Assembly: GCF_009914755.1 (NCBI RefSeq)
Contig: NC_060929.1
Direction: 5' to 3' (one strand)
DNA: 64,000 nt
Source: the human T2T-CHM13v2.0 reference genome, Homo sapiens
Part shown: positions 1 through 11,288 of the stretch, in pieces
Numbering within the stretch: the stretch's first letter is position 1
How the letters are laid out: every line of letters begins with the position of its first letter
Made by a program: the position numbers and the translations under genes
Notes under the pieces: model-generated
Told to the model about the DNA's origin: nothing
What the model saw: the letters and a program-made list of their open reading frames with translations, nothing else
Databases searched by the model: none

Positions 1-206
1 GAATTTGCAAGTGGAGATTTCAAGCGCTTTGAGGCCAAAGGCAGAAAAGCAAATATCTTCGTATAAAAACTAGACAGAATCATTCTCAGAAACTGCTCTG
101 CGATGTGTGCGTTCAACTCTCAGAGTTTAACTTTTCTTTTCATTCAGCAGTTTGGAAACACTCTGTTTGTAAAGTCTGCACGTGGATAATTTGACCACTT
201 AGAGGC

Positions 207-223
207 CTTCGTTGGAAACGGGA
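207..223 (+). promoter_or_regulatory. CENP-B box (first of ~188, recurring every ~340 bp to ~63.77 kb)
   Basis: CTTCGTTGGAAACGGGA at 207-223 matches the 17 bp CENP-B box (core NTTCGNNNNANNCGGGN). The same motif, ending in GGGA or GGGT, recurs in each B monomer. Confidence 0.97.
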
Positions 224-1393
224 TTTTTTCATGTAAGGCTAGACAGAAGAATTCTCAGTAACTTCCTTGTGTTGTGTGTATTCAACTCACAGAGTTGAAC
301 GATCCTTTACACAGAGCAGACTTGTAACACTCTTTTTGTGGAATTTGCAAGTGGAGATTTCAGCCGCTTTGAAGTCAAAGGTAGAAAAGGAAATATCTTC
401 CTATAAAAACTAGACAGAATGATTCTCAGAAACTCCTTTGTGATGTGTGCGTTCAACTCACAGAGTTTAACCTTTCTTTTCATAGAGCAGTTAGGAAACA
501 CTCTGCTTGTAAAGTCTGCATGTGGATATTCAGACCTCTTTGAGGCCTTCGTTGGAAACGGGTTTTTTTCATATAAGGCTAGACAGAAGAATTCCCAGTA
601 ACTTCCTTGTGTTGTGTGTGTTCAACTCACAGAGTTGAACTTTCATTTACACAGAGCAGATTTGAAACACTCTTTTTGTGGAATTTGCAAGTGGAGATTT
701 CAAGCGCTTTGAGGCCAAAGGCAGAAAAGGAAATATCTTCGTATAAAAACTAGACAGAATCATTCTCAGAAACTGCTCTGCGATGTGTGCGTTCAACTCT
801 CAGAGTTTAACTTTTCTTTTCATTCAGCAGTTTGGAAACACTCTGTTTGTAAAGTCTGCACGTGGATATTTTGACCACTTAGAGGCCTTCGTTGGAAACG
901 GGATTTTTTCCTGTAAGGCTAGACAGAAGAATTCCCAGTAACTTCCTTCCGTTGTGTACATTCAACTCACAGAGTTGAACGTTCCCTTAGACAGAGCAGA
1001 TTTGAAACACTCTTTTTGTGCAATTGGCAAGTGGAGATTTCAAGCGCTTTGAGGTCAATGGCAGAAAAGGAAATATCTTCGTTTCAAAACTAGACAGAAT
1101 CATTCCCACAAACTGCGTTGTGATGTGTTCGTTCAACTCACAGACTTTAACCTTTCTTTTCATAGAGCAGTTAGGAAACAGTCTGTTTGTAAATAATGTA
1201 AGTGGATATTCTGACATCTTGTGGCCTTCGTTGGAAACGGGATTTCTTCATATTCTGCTAGACAGAAGAATTCTCAGAATCTTCCTTGTGTTGTGTGTAT
1301 TCAACTCACAGAGTTGAACGATGGTTTACACAGAGCAGATTTGAAACACTCTTTTGGTGGAATTTGCAAGTGGAGATTTCAGCCGCTTTGAGG

Positions 1394-1411
1394 TCAATGG
1401 TAGAAAAGGAA
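1394..1411 (+). other. A-box (pJalpha-type position) of A monomers, recurring every ~340 bp
   Basis: TCAATGGTAGAAAAGGAA (variants CCAAAGGCAGAAAAGGAA, TCAAAGGTAGAAAAGGAA) occupies the position homologous to the CENP-B box in the alternate monomers. Protein binding is not shown by the sequence. Confidence 0.6.
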
Positions 1412-4400
1412 ATATCTTCGTATAAAACTAGACAGAATGATTCTCAGAAACTTCTTTGTGATGTGTGCGTTCAACTCACAGAGTTTAACCTTTCTTTTCA
1501 TAGAGCAGTTAGGAAACACTCTGTTTGTAAACTCTGCAAGTGGATATTCAGACGTCTTTGAGGCCTTCGTTGGAAACGGGATTTCTTCATACTGTGCTAG
1601 ACAGAAGAATTCTCAGTAACTTCCTTGTGTTGTGTGTATTCAACTCACAGAGTTGAACGATCCTTTACACAGAGCGGACTTGAAACACTCTTTTTGTGGA
1701 ATTTGCAAGTGGAGATTTCAGCCGCGTTGAGGTCAATGGTAGAAAAGGAAATATCTTCGTATAAAAACTAGACAGAATGATTCTCAGAAACTCCTTTGTG
1801 ATGTGTGCGTTCAACTCACAGAGTTTAACCTTTCTTTTCATAGAGCAGTTAAAAACACTCTGTTTGTAAAGTCTGCAAGTGGATATTCAGACCTCTTTGA
1901 GGCCTTCATTGGAAACGGGTTTTTTTCATATAAGGCTAGACAGAAGAATTCCCAGTAACTTCCTTGTGTTGTGTGTGTTCAACTCACAGAGTTGAACTTT
2001 CGTTTACACAGAGCAGATTTGAAACACTCTTTTTGTGGAATTTGCAAGTGGAGATTTCAAGCGCTTTGAGGCCAAAGGCAGAAAAGGAAATATCTTCGTA
2101 TAAAAACTAGACAGAATCATTCTCAGAAACTGCTCTGCGATGTGTGCGTTCAACTCTCAGAGTTTAACTTTTCTTTTCATTCAGCAGTTTGGAAACACTC
2201 TGTTTGTAAAGTCTGCACGTGGATAATTTGACCACTTAGAGGCCTTCGTTGGAAACGGGTTTTTTTCATGTAAGGCTAGACAGAAGAATTCTCAGTAACT
2301 TCCTTGTGTTGTGTGTATTCAACTCACAGAGTTGACCGATCCTTTACACAGAGCAGACTTGTAACACTCTTTTTGTGGAATTTGCAAGTGGAGATTTCAG
2401 CCGCTTTGAAGTCAATGGTAGAAAAGGAAATATCTTCCTATAAAAACTAGACAGAATGATTCTCAGAAACTCCTTTGTGATGTGTGCGTTCAACTCACAG
2501 AGTTTAACCTTTCTTTTCATAGAGTAGTTAGGAAACACTCTGTTTGTAAAGTCTGCAAGTGGATATTCAGACCTCTTTGAGGCCTTCGTTGGAAACGGGT
2601 TTTTTTCATATAAGGCTAGACAGAAGAATTCCCAGTAACTTCCTTGTGTTGTGTGTGTTCAACTCACAGAGTTGAACTTTCATTTACACAGAGCAGATTT
2701 GAAACACTCTTTTTGTGGAATTTGCAAGTGGAGATTTCAAGCGCTTTGAGGCCAAAGGCAGAAAAGGAAATACCTTCGTATAAAAACTAGACAGAATCAT
2801 TCTCAGAAACTGCTCTGCGATGTGTGCGTTCAACTCTCAGAGTTTAACTTTTCTTTTCATTCAGCAGTTTGGAAACACTCTGTTTGTAAAGTCTGCACGT
2901 GGATATTTTGACCACTTAGAGGCCTTCGTTGGAAACGGGTTTTTTTCCTGTAAGGCTAGACAGAAGAATTCCCAGTAACTTCCTTCCGTTGTGTACATTC
3001 AACTCACAGAGTTGAACGTTCCCTTAGACAGAGCAGATTTGAAACACTCTTTTTGTGCAATTGGCAAGTGGAGATTTCAAGCGCTTTGAGGTCAATGGCA
3101 GAAAAGGAAATATCTTCGTTTCAAAACTAGACAGAATCATTCCCACAAACTGCGTTGTGATGTGTTCGTTCAACTCACAGAGTTTAACCTTTCTTTTCAT
3201 AGAGCAGTTAGGAAACAGTCTGTTTGTAAATTCTGTAAGTGGATATTCTGACATCTTGTGGCCTTCGTTGGAAACGGGATTTCTTCATATTCTGCTAGAC
3301 AGAAGAATTCTCAGAATCTTCCTTGTGTTGTGTGTATTCAACTCACAGAGTTGAACGATGGTTTACACAGAGCAGATTTGAAACACTCTTTTTGTGGAAT
3401 TTGCAAGTGGAGATTTCAGCCGCTTTGAGGTCAATGGTAGAAAAGGAAATATCTTCGTATAAAAACTAGACAGAATGATTCTCAGAAACTTCTTTGTGAT
3501 GTGTGCGTTCAACTCACAGAGTTTAACCTTTCTTTTCATAGAGCAGTTAGGAAACACTCTGTTTGTAAACTCTGCAAGTGGATATTCAGACGTCTTTGAG
3601 GCCTTCGTTGGAAACGGGATTTCTTCATACTGTGCTAGACAGAAGAATTCTCAGTAACTTCCTTGTGTTGTGTGTATTCAACTCACAGAGTTGAACGATC
3701 CTTTACACAGAGCGGACTTGAAACACTCTTTTTGTGGAATTTGCAAGTGGAGATTTCAGCCGCGTTGAGGTCAATGGTAGAAAAGGAAATATCTTCGTAT
3801 AAAAACTAGACAGAATGATTCTCAGAAACTCCTTTGTGATGTGTGCGTTCAACTCACAGAGTTTAACCTTTCTTTTCATAGAGCAGTTAAAAACACTCTG
3901 TTTGTAAAGTCTGCAAGTGGATATTCAGACCTCTTTGAGGCCTTCATTGGAAACGGGTTTTTTTCATATAAGGCTAGACAGAAGAATTCCCAGTAACTTC
4001 CTTGTGTTGTGTGTGTTCAACTCACAGAGTTGAACTTTCATTTACACAGAGCAGATTTGAAACACTCTTTTTGTGGAATTTGCAAGTGGAGATTTCAAGC
4101 GCTTTGAGGCCAAAGGCAGAAAAGCAAATATCTTCGTATAAAAACTAGACAGAATCATTCTCAGAAACTGCTCTGCGATGTGTGCGTTCAACTCTCAGAG
4201 TTTAACTTTTCTTTTCATTCAGCAGTTTGGAAACACTCTGTTTGTAAAGTCTGCACGTGGATAATTTGACCACTTAGAGGCCTTCGTTGGAAACGGGATT
4301 TTTTCATGTAAGGCTAGACAGAAGAATTCTCAGTAACTTCCTTGTGTTGTGTGTATTCAACTCACAGAGTTGAACGATCCTTTACACAGAGCAGACTTGT

Positions 4401-7211
4401 AACACTCTTTTTGTGGAATTTGCAAGTGGAGATTTCAGCCGCTTTGAAGTCAAAGGTAGAAAAGGAAATATCTTCCTATAAAAACTAGACAGAATGATTC
4501 TCAGAAACTCCTTTGTGATGTGTGCGTTCAACTCACAGAGTTTAACCTTTCTTTTCATAGAGCACTTAGGAAACACTCTGTTTGTAAAGTCTGCAAGTGG
4601 ATATTCAGACCTCTTTGAGGCCTTCGTTGGAAACGGGTTTTTTTCATATAAGGCTAGACAGAAGAATTCCCAGTAACTTCCTTGTGTTGTGTGTGTTCAA
4701 CTCACAGAGTTGAACTTTCATTTACACAGAGCAGATTTGAAACACTCTTTTTGTGGAATTTGCAAGTGGAGATTTCAAGCGCTTTGAGGCCAAAGGCAGA
4801 AAAGGAAATATCTTCGTATAAAAACTAGACAGAATCATTCTCAGAAACTGCTCTGCGATGTGTGCGTTCAACTCTCAGAGTTTAACTTTTCTTTTCATTC
4901 AGCAGTTTGGAAACACTCTGTTTGTAAAGTCTGCACGTGGATATTTTGACCACTTAGAGGCCTTCGTTGGAAACGGGATTTTTTCCTGTAAGGCTAGACA
5001 GAAGAATTCCCAGTAACTTCCTTGCGTTGTGTACATTCAACTCACAGAGTTGAACGTTCCCTTAGACAGAGCAGATTTGAAACACTCTTTTTGTGCAATT
5101 GGCAAGTGGAGATTTCAAGCGCTTTGAGGTCAATGGCAGAAAAGGAAATATCTTCGTTTCAAAATTAGACAGAATCATTCCCACAAACTGCGTTGTGATG
5201 TGTTCGTTCAACTCACAGACTTTAACCTTTCTTTTCATAGAGCAGTTAGGAAACACTCTGTTTGTAAAGTCTGTAAGTGGATATTCTGACATCTTGTGGC
5301 CTTCGTTGGAAACGGGATTTCTTCATATTCTGCTAGACAGAAGAATTCTCAGAATCTTCCTTGTGTTGTGTGTATTCAACTCACAGAGTTGAACGATGGT
5401 TTACACAGAGCAGATTTGAAACACTCTTTTGGTGGAATTTGCAAGTGGAGATTTCAGCCGCTTTGAGGTCAATGGTAGAAAAGGAAATATCTTCGTATAA
5501 AACTAGACAGAATGATTCTCAGAAACTTCTTTGTGATGTGTGCGTTCAACTCACAGAGTTTAACCTTTCTTTTCATAGAGCAGTTAGGAAACACTCTGTT
5601 TGTAAACTCTGCAAGTGGATATTCAGACGTCTTTGAGGCCTTCGTTGGAAACGGGATTTCTTCATACTGTGCTAGACAGAAGAATTCTCAGTAACTTCCT
5701 TTTGTTGTGTGTATTCAACTCACAGAGTTGAACGATCCTTTACACAGAGCGGACTTGAAACACTCTTTTTGTGGAATTTGCAAGTGGAGATTTCAGCCGC
5801 GTTGAGGTCAATGGTAGAAAAGGAAATATCTTCGTATAAAAACTAGACAGAATGATTCTCAGAAACTCCTTTGTGATGTGTGCGTTCAACTCACAGAGTT
5901 TAACCTTTCTTTTCATAGAGCAGTTAAAAACACTCTGTTTGTAAAGTCTGCAAGTGGATATTCAGACCTCTTTGAGGCCTTCATTGGAAACGGGTTTTTT
6001 CATATAAGGCTAGACAGAAGAATTCCCAGTAACTTCCTTGTGTTGTGTGTGTTCAACTCACAGAGTTGAACTTTCGTTTACACAGAGCAGATTTGAAACA
6101 CTCTTTTTGTGGAATTTGCAAGTGGAGATTTCAAGCGCTTTGAGGCCAAAGGCAGAAAAGGAAATATCTTCGTATAAAAACTAGACAGAATCATTCTCAG
6201 AAACTGCTCTGCGATGTGTGCGTTCAACTCTCAGAGTTTAACTTTTCTTTTCATTCAGCAGTTTGGAAACACTCTGTTTGTAAAGTCTGCACATGGATAA
6301 TTTGACCACTTAGAGGCCTTCGTTGGAAACGGGTTTTTTTCATGTAAGGCTAGACAGAAGAATTCTCAGTAACTTCCTTGTGTTGTGTGTATTCAACTCA
6401 CAGAGTTGACCGATCCTTTACACAGAGCAGACTTGTAACACTCTTTTTGTGGAATTTGCAAGTGGAGATTTCAGCCGCTTTGAAGTCAATGGTAGAAAAG
6501 GAAATATCTTCCTATAAAAACTAGACAGAATGATTCTCAGAAACTCCTTTGTGATGTGTGCGTTCAACTCACAGAGTTTAACCTTTCTTTTCATAGAGTA
6601 GTTAGGAAACACTCTGTTTGTAAAGTCTGCAAGTGGATATTCAGACCTCTTTGAGGCCTTCGTTGGAAACGGGATTTTTTCATATAAGGCTAGACAGAAG
6701 AATTCCCAGTAACTTCCTTGTGTTGTGTGTGTTCAACTCACAGAGTTGAACTTTCATTTACACAGAGCAGATTTGAAACACTCTTTTTGTGGAATTTGCA
6801 AGTGGAGATTTCAAGCGCTTTGAGGCCAAAGGCAGAAAAGGAAATACCTTCGTATAAAAACTAGACAGAATCATTCTCAGAAACTGCTCTGCGATGTGTG
6901 CGTTCAACTCTCAGAGTTTAACTTTTCTTTTCATTCAGCAGTTTGGAAACACTCTGTTTGTAAAGTCTGCACGTGGATATTTTGACCACTTAGAGGCCTT
7001 CGTTGGAAACGGGTTTTTTTCCTGTAAGGCTAGACAGAAGAATTCCCAGTAACTTCCTTGCGTTGTGTACATTCAACTCACAGAGTTGAACGTTCCCTTA
7101 GACAGAGCAGATTTGAAACACTCTTTTTGTGCAATTGGCAAGTGGAGATTTCAAGCGCTTTGAGGTCAATGGCAGAAAAGGAAATATCTTCGTTTCAAAA
7201 CTAGACAGAAT

Positions 7212-10200
7212 CATTCCCACAAACTGCGTTGTGATGTGTTCGTTCAACTCACAGAGTTTAACCTTTCTTTTCATAGAGCAGTTAGGAAACAGTCTGTTTG
7301 TAAATTCTGTAAGTGGATATTCTGACATCTTGTGGCCTTCGTTGGAAACGGGATTTCTTCATATTCTGCTAGACAGAAGAATTCTCAGAATCTTCCTTGT
7401 GTTGTGTGTATTCAACTCACAGAGTTGAACGAAGGTTTACACAGAGCAGATTTGAAACACTCTTTTGGTGGAATTTGCAAGTGGAGATTTCAGCCGCTTT
7501 GAGGTCAATGGTAGAAAAGGAAATATCTTCGAATAAAAACTAGACAGAATGATTCTCAGAAACTTCTTTGTGATGAGTGCGTTCAACTCACAGAGTTTAA
7601 CCTTTCTTTTCATAGAGCAGTTAGGAAACACTGTGTTTTAAAACTGCGCAAGTGGATATTCAGACCTCTTTGAGGCCTTCGTTGGAAACGGGATTTCTTC
7701 ATACTGTGCTAGACAGAAGAATTCTCAGTAACTTCCTTGTGTTGTGTGTATTCAACTCACAGAGTTGAACGATCCTTTACACAGAGCAGACTTGAAACAC
7801 TCTTTTTGTGGAATTTGCAAGTGGAGATTTCAGCCTCGCTGAGGTCAATGGTAGAAAAGGAAATATCTTCGTATAAAAACTAGACAGAATGATTCTCAGA
7901 AACTCCTTTGTGATGTGTGTGTTCAACTCACAGAGTTTAACCTTTCTTTTCATAGAGCAGTTAGGAAACACTCTGTTTGTAAAGTCTGCAAGTGGATATT
8001 CAGACCTCTTTGAGGCCTTCGTTGGAAACGGGATTTTTCATATAAGGCTAGACAGAAGAATTCCCAGTAACTTCCTTGTGTTGTGTGTGTTCAACTCACA
8101 GAGTTGAACTTTCATTTACACAGAGCAGATTTGAAACACTCTTTTTGTGGAATTTGCAAGTGGAGATTTCAAGCGCTTTGAGGCCAAAGGCAGAAAAGGA
8201 AATATCTTCCTATAAAAACTAGACAGAATCATTCTAAGAAACTGCTCTGCGATGTGTGTGTTCAACTCTCAGAGTTTAACTTTTCTTTTCCTTCAGCAGT
8301 TTGGAAACACTCTGTTTGTAAAGTCTGCACGTGGATAATTTGACCACTTAGAGGCCTTCGTTGGAAACGGGTTTTTTTCATGTAAGGCTAGACAGAAGAA
8401 TTCTCAGTAACTTCCTTGTGTTGTGTGTATTCAACTCACAGAGTTGACCGATCCTTTACACAGAGCAGACTTGTAACACTCTTTTTTTGTGGAATTTGCA
8501 AGTGGAGATTTCAGCCGCTTTGAAGTCAATGGTAAAAAAGGAAATATCTTCGTTTCAAAACTAGACAGAATCATTCCCACAAACTGCGTTGTGATGTGTT
8601 CGTTCAACTCACAGAGTTTAACCTTTCTTTTCATAGAGCAGTTAGGAAACAGTCTGTTTGTAAATTCTTTAAGTGGATATTCTGACATCTTGTGACCTTC
8701 GTTGGAAACGGGATTTCTTCATATTCTGCTAGACATAAGAATTCTCAGAATCTTCCTTGTGTTGTGTGTATTCAACTCACAGAGTTGAACGATGGTTTAC
8801 ACAGAGCAGATTTGAAACACTCTTTTTGTGGAATTTGCAAGTGGAGATTTCAGCCGCTTTGAGGTCAATGGTAGAAAAGGAAATATCTTCGTATAAAAAC
8901 TAGACAGAATGATTCTCAGAAACTTCTTTGTGATGTGTGCGTTCAACTCACAGAGTTTAACCTTTCTTTTCATAGAGCAGTTAGGAAACACTCTGTTTGT
9001 AAACTCTGCAAGTGGATATTCAGACCTCTTTGAGGCCTTCGTTGGAAACGGGATTTCTTCATACTGTGCTAGACAGAAGAATTCTCAGTAACTTCCTTGT
9101 GTTGTGTGTATTCAACTCACAGAGTTGAACGATCCTTTACACAGAGCAGACTTGAAACACTCTTTTTGTGGAATTTGCAAGTGGAGATTTCAGCCGCGTT
9201 GAGGTCAATGGTAGAAAAGGAAATATCTTCGTATAAAAACTAGACAGAATGATTCTCAGAAACTCCTTTGTGATGTGTGTGTTCAACTCACAGAGTTTAA
9301 CCTTTCTTTTCATAGAGCAGTTAGGAAACACTCTGTTTGTAAAGTCTGCAAGTGGATATTCAGACCTCTTTGAGGCCTTCGTTGGAAACGGGTTTTTTTC
9401 ATATAAGGCTAGACAGAACAATTCCCAGTAACTTCCTTGTGTTGTGTGTGTTCAACTCACAGAGTTGAACTTTCATTTACACAGAGCAGATTTGAAACAC
9501 TCTTTTTGTGGAATTTGCAAGTGGAGATTTCAAGCGCTTTGAGGTCAATGGCAGAAAAGGAAATATCTTCATATAAAAACTAGACAGAATGATTCTAAGA
9601 AACTGCTCTGCGATGTGTGTGTTCAACTCTCAGAGTTTAACTTTTCTTTTCCTTCAGCAGTTTGGAAACACTCTGTTTGTAAAGTCTGCACGTGGATAAT
9701 TTGACCACTTAGAGGCCTTCGTTGGAAACGGGTTTTTTTCATGTAAGGCTAGACAGAAGAATTCTCAGTAACTTCCTTGTGTTGTGTGTATTCAACTCAC
9801 AGAGTTGACCGATCCTTTACACAGAGCAGACTTGTAACACTCTTTTTTTGTGGAATTTGCAAGTGGAGATTTCAGCCGCTTTGAAGTCAATGGTAAAAAA
9901 GGAAATATCTTCGTTTCAAAACTAGACAGAATCATTCCCACAAACTGCGTTGTGATGTGTTCGTTCAACTCACAGAGTTTAACCTTTCTTTTCATAGAAC
10001 AGTTAGGAAACAGTCTGTTTGTAAATTCTGTAAGTGGATATTCTGACATCTTGTGACCTTCGTTGGAAACGGGATTTCTTCATATTCTGCTAGACAGAAG
10101 AATTCTCAGAATCTTCCTTGTGTTGTGTGTATTCAACTCACAGAGTTGAACGATGGTTTACACAGAGCAGATTTGAAACACTCTTTTTGTGGAATTTGCA

Positions 10201-11288
10201 AGTGGAGATTTCAGCCGCTTTGAGGTCAATGGTAGAAAAGGAAATATCTTCGTATAAAAACTAGACAGAATGATTCTCAGAAACTTCTTTGTGATGTGTG
10301 CGTTCAACTCACAGAGTTTAACCTTTCTTTTCATAGAGCAGTTGGGAAACACTCTGTTTGTAAACGCTGCAAGTGGATATTCAGACCTCTTTGAGGCCTT
10401 CGTGGGAAACGGGATTTCTTCATACTGTGCTAGACAGAAGAATTCTCAGTAACTTCCTTGTGTTGTGTGTATTCAACTCACAGAGTTGAACGATCCTTTA
10501 CACAGAGCAGACTTGAAACACTCTTTTTGTGGAATTTGCAAGTGGAGATTTCAGCCGCGTTGAGGTCAATGGTAGAAAAGGAAATATCTTCGTATAAAAA
10601 CTAGACAGAATGATTCTCAGAAACTCCTTTGTGATGTGTGTGTTCAACTCACAGAGTTTAACCTTTCTTTTCATAGAGCAGTTAGGAAACACTCTGTTTG
10701 TAAAGTCTGCAAGTGGATATTCAGACCTCTTTGAGGCCTTCGTTGGAAACGGGTTTTTTTCATATAAGGCTAGACAGAAGAATTCCCAGTAACTTCCTTG
10801 TGTTGTGTGTGTTCAACTCACAGAGTTGAACTTTCATTTACACAGAGCAGATTTGAAACACTCTTTTTGTGGAATTTGCAAGTGGAGATTTCAAGCGCTT
10901 TGAGGCCAAAGGCAGAAAAGGAAATATCTTCGTATAAAAACTAGACAGAATCATTCTAAGAAACTGCTCTGCGATGTGTGTGTTCAACTCTCACAGTTTA
11001 TCTTTTCCTTCAGCAGTTTGGAAACACTCTGTTTGTAAAGTCTGCACGTGGATAATTTGACCACTTAGAGGCCTTCGTTGGAAACGGGTTTTTTTCATGT
11101 AAGGCTAGACAGAAGTATTCTCAGTAACTTCCTTGTGTTGTGTGTATTCAACTCAGAGAGTTGACCGATCCTTTACACAGAGCAGACTTGTAACACTCTT
11201 TTTTTGTGGAATTTGCAAGTGGAGATTTCAGCCGCTTTGAAGTCAATGGTAAAAAAGGAAATATCTTCGTTTCAAAACTAGACAGAAT
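7212..11288 (+). repeat. Three tandem 8-mer HOR variants (1360, 1361, 1356 bp) with an A1/A3 hybrid monomer
   Basis: B4 starts at 7212, 8572, 9933 and 11289. The junction sequence GAAGTCAATGGTAAAAAAGGAAATATCTTCGTTTCAAAA is present in all three units. Confidence 0.92.

Larger units (their letters stand above)
1..7211 (+). repeat. Block of 12-mer HORs (2036-2038 bp) arranged as a 24-mer (~4075 bp) super-repeat
   Basis: B4 starts at 1101, 3138, 5176 and 7212. Private variants recur at +4074/4075 rather than +2038 (AAAAGCAAAT, CAGACTTT, GAGTAGTT, TACCTTCG, CTTTCGTTT). Confidence 0.9.

Noticed and set aside
177-186. CACGTG E-box in B1/B3 monomers
   Set aside because: A 6-mer carried passively by the repeat consensus, with no evidence of regulatory function.
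282-300. Dyad TTCAACTC-ACA-GAGTTGAA as a terminator or novel hairpin element
   Set aside because: This short inverted repeat is real and recurs in A monomers, but it is an ordinary part of the alphoid consensus, and dyad symmetry in alpha satellite is already described. There is no transcription unit to terminate.
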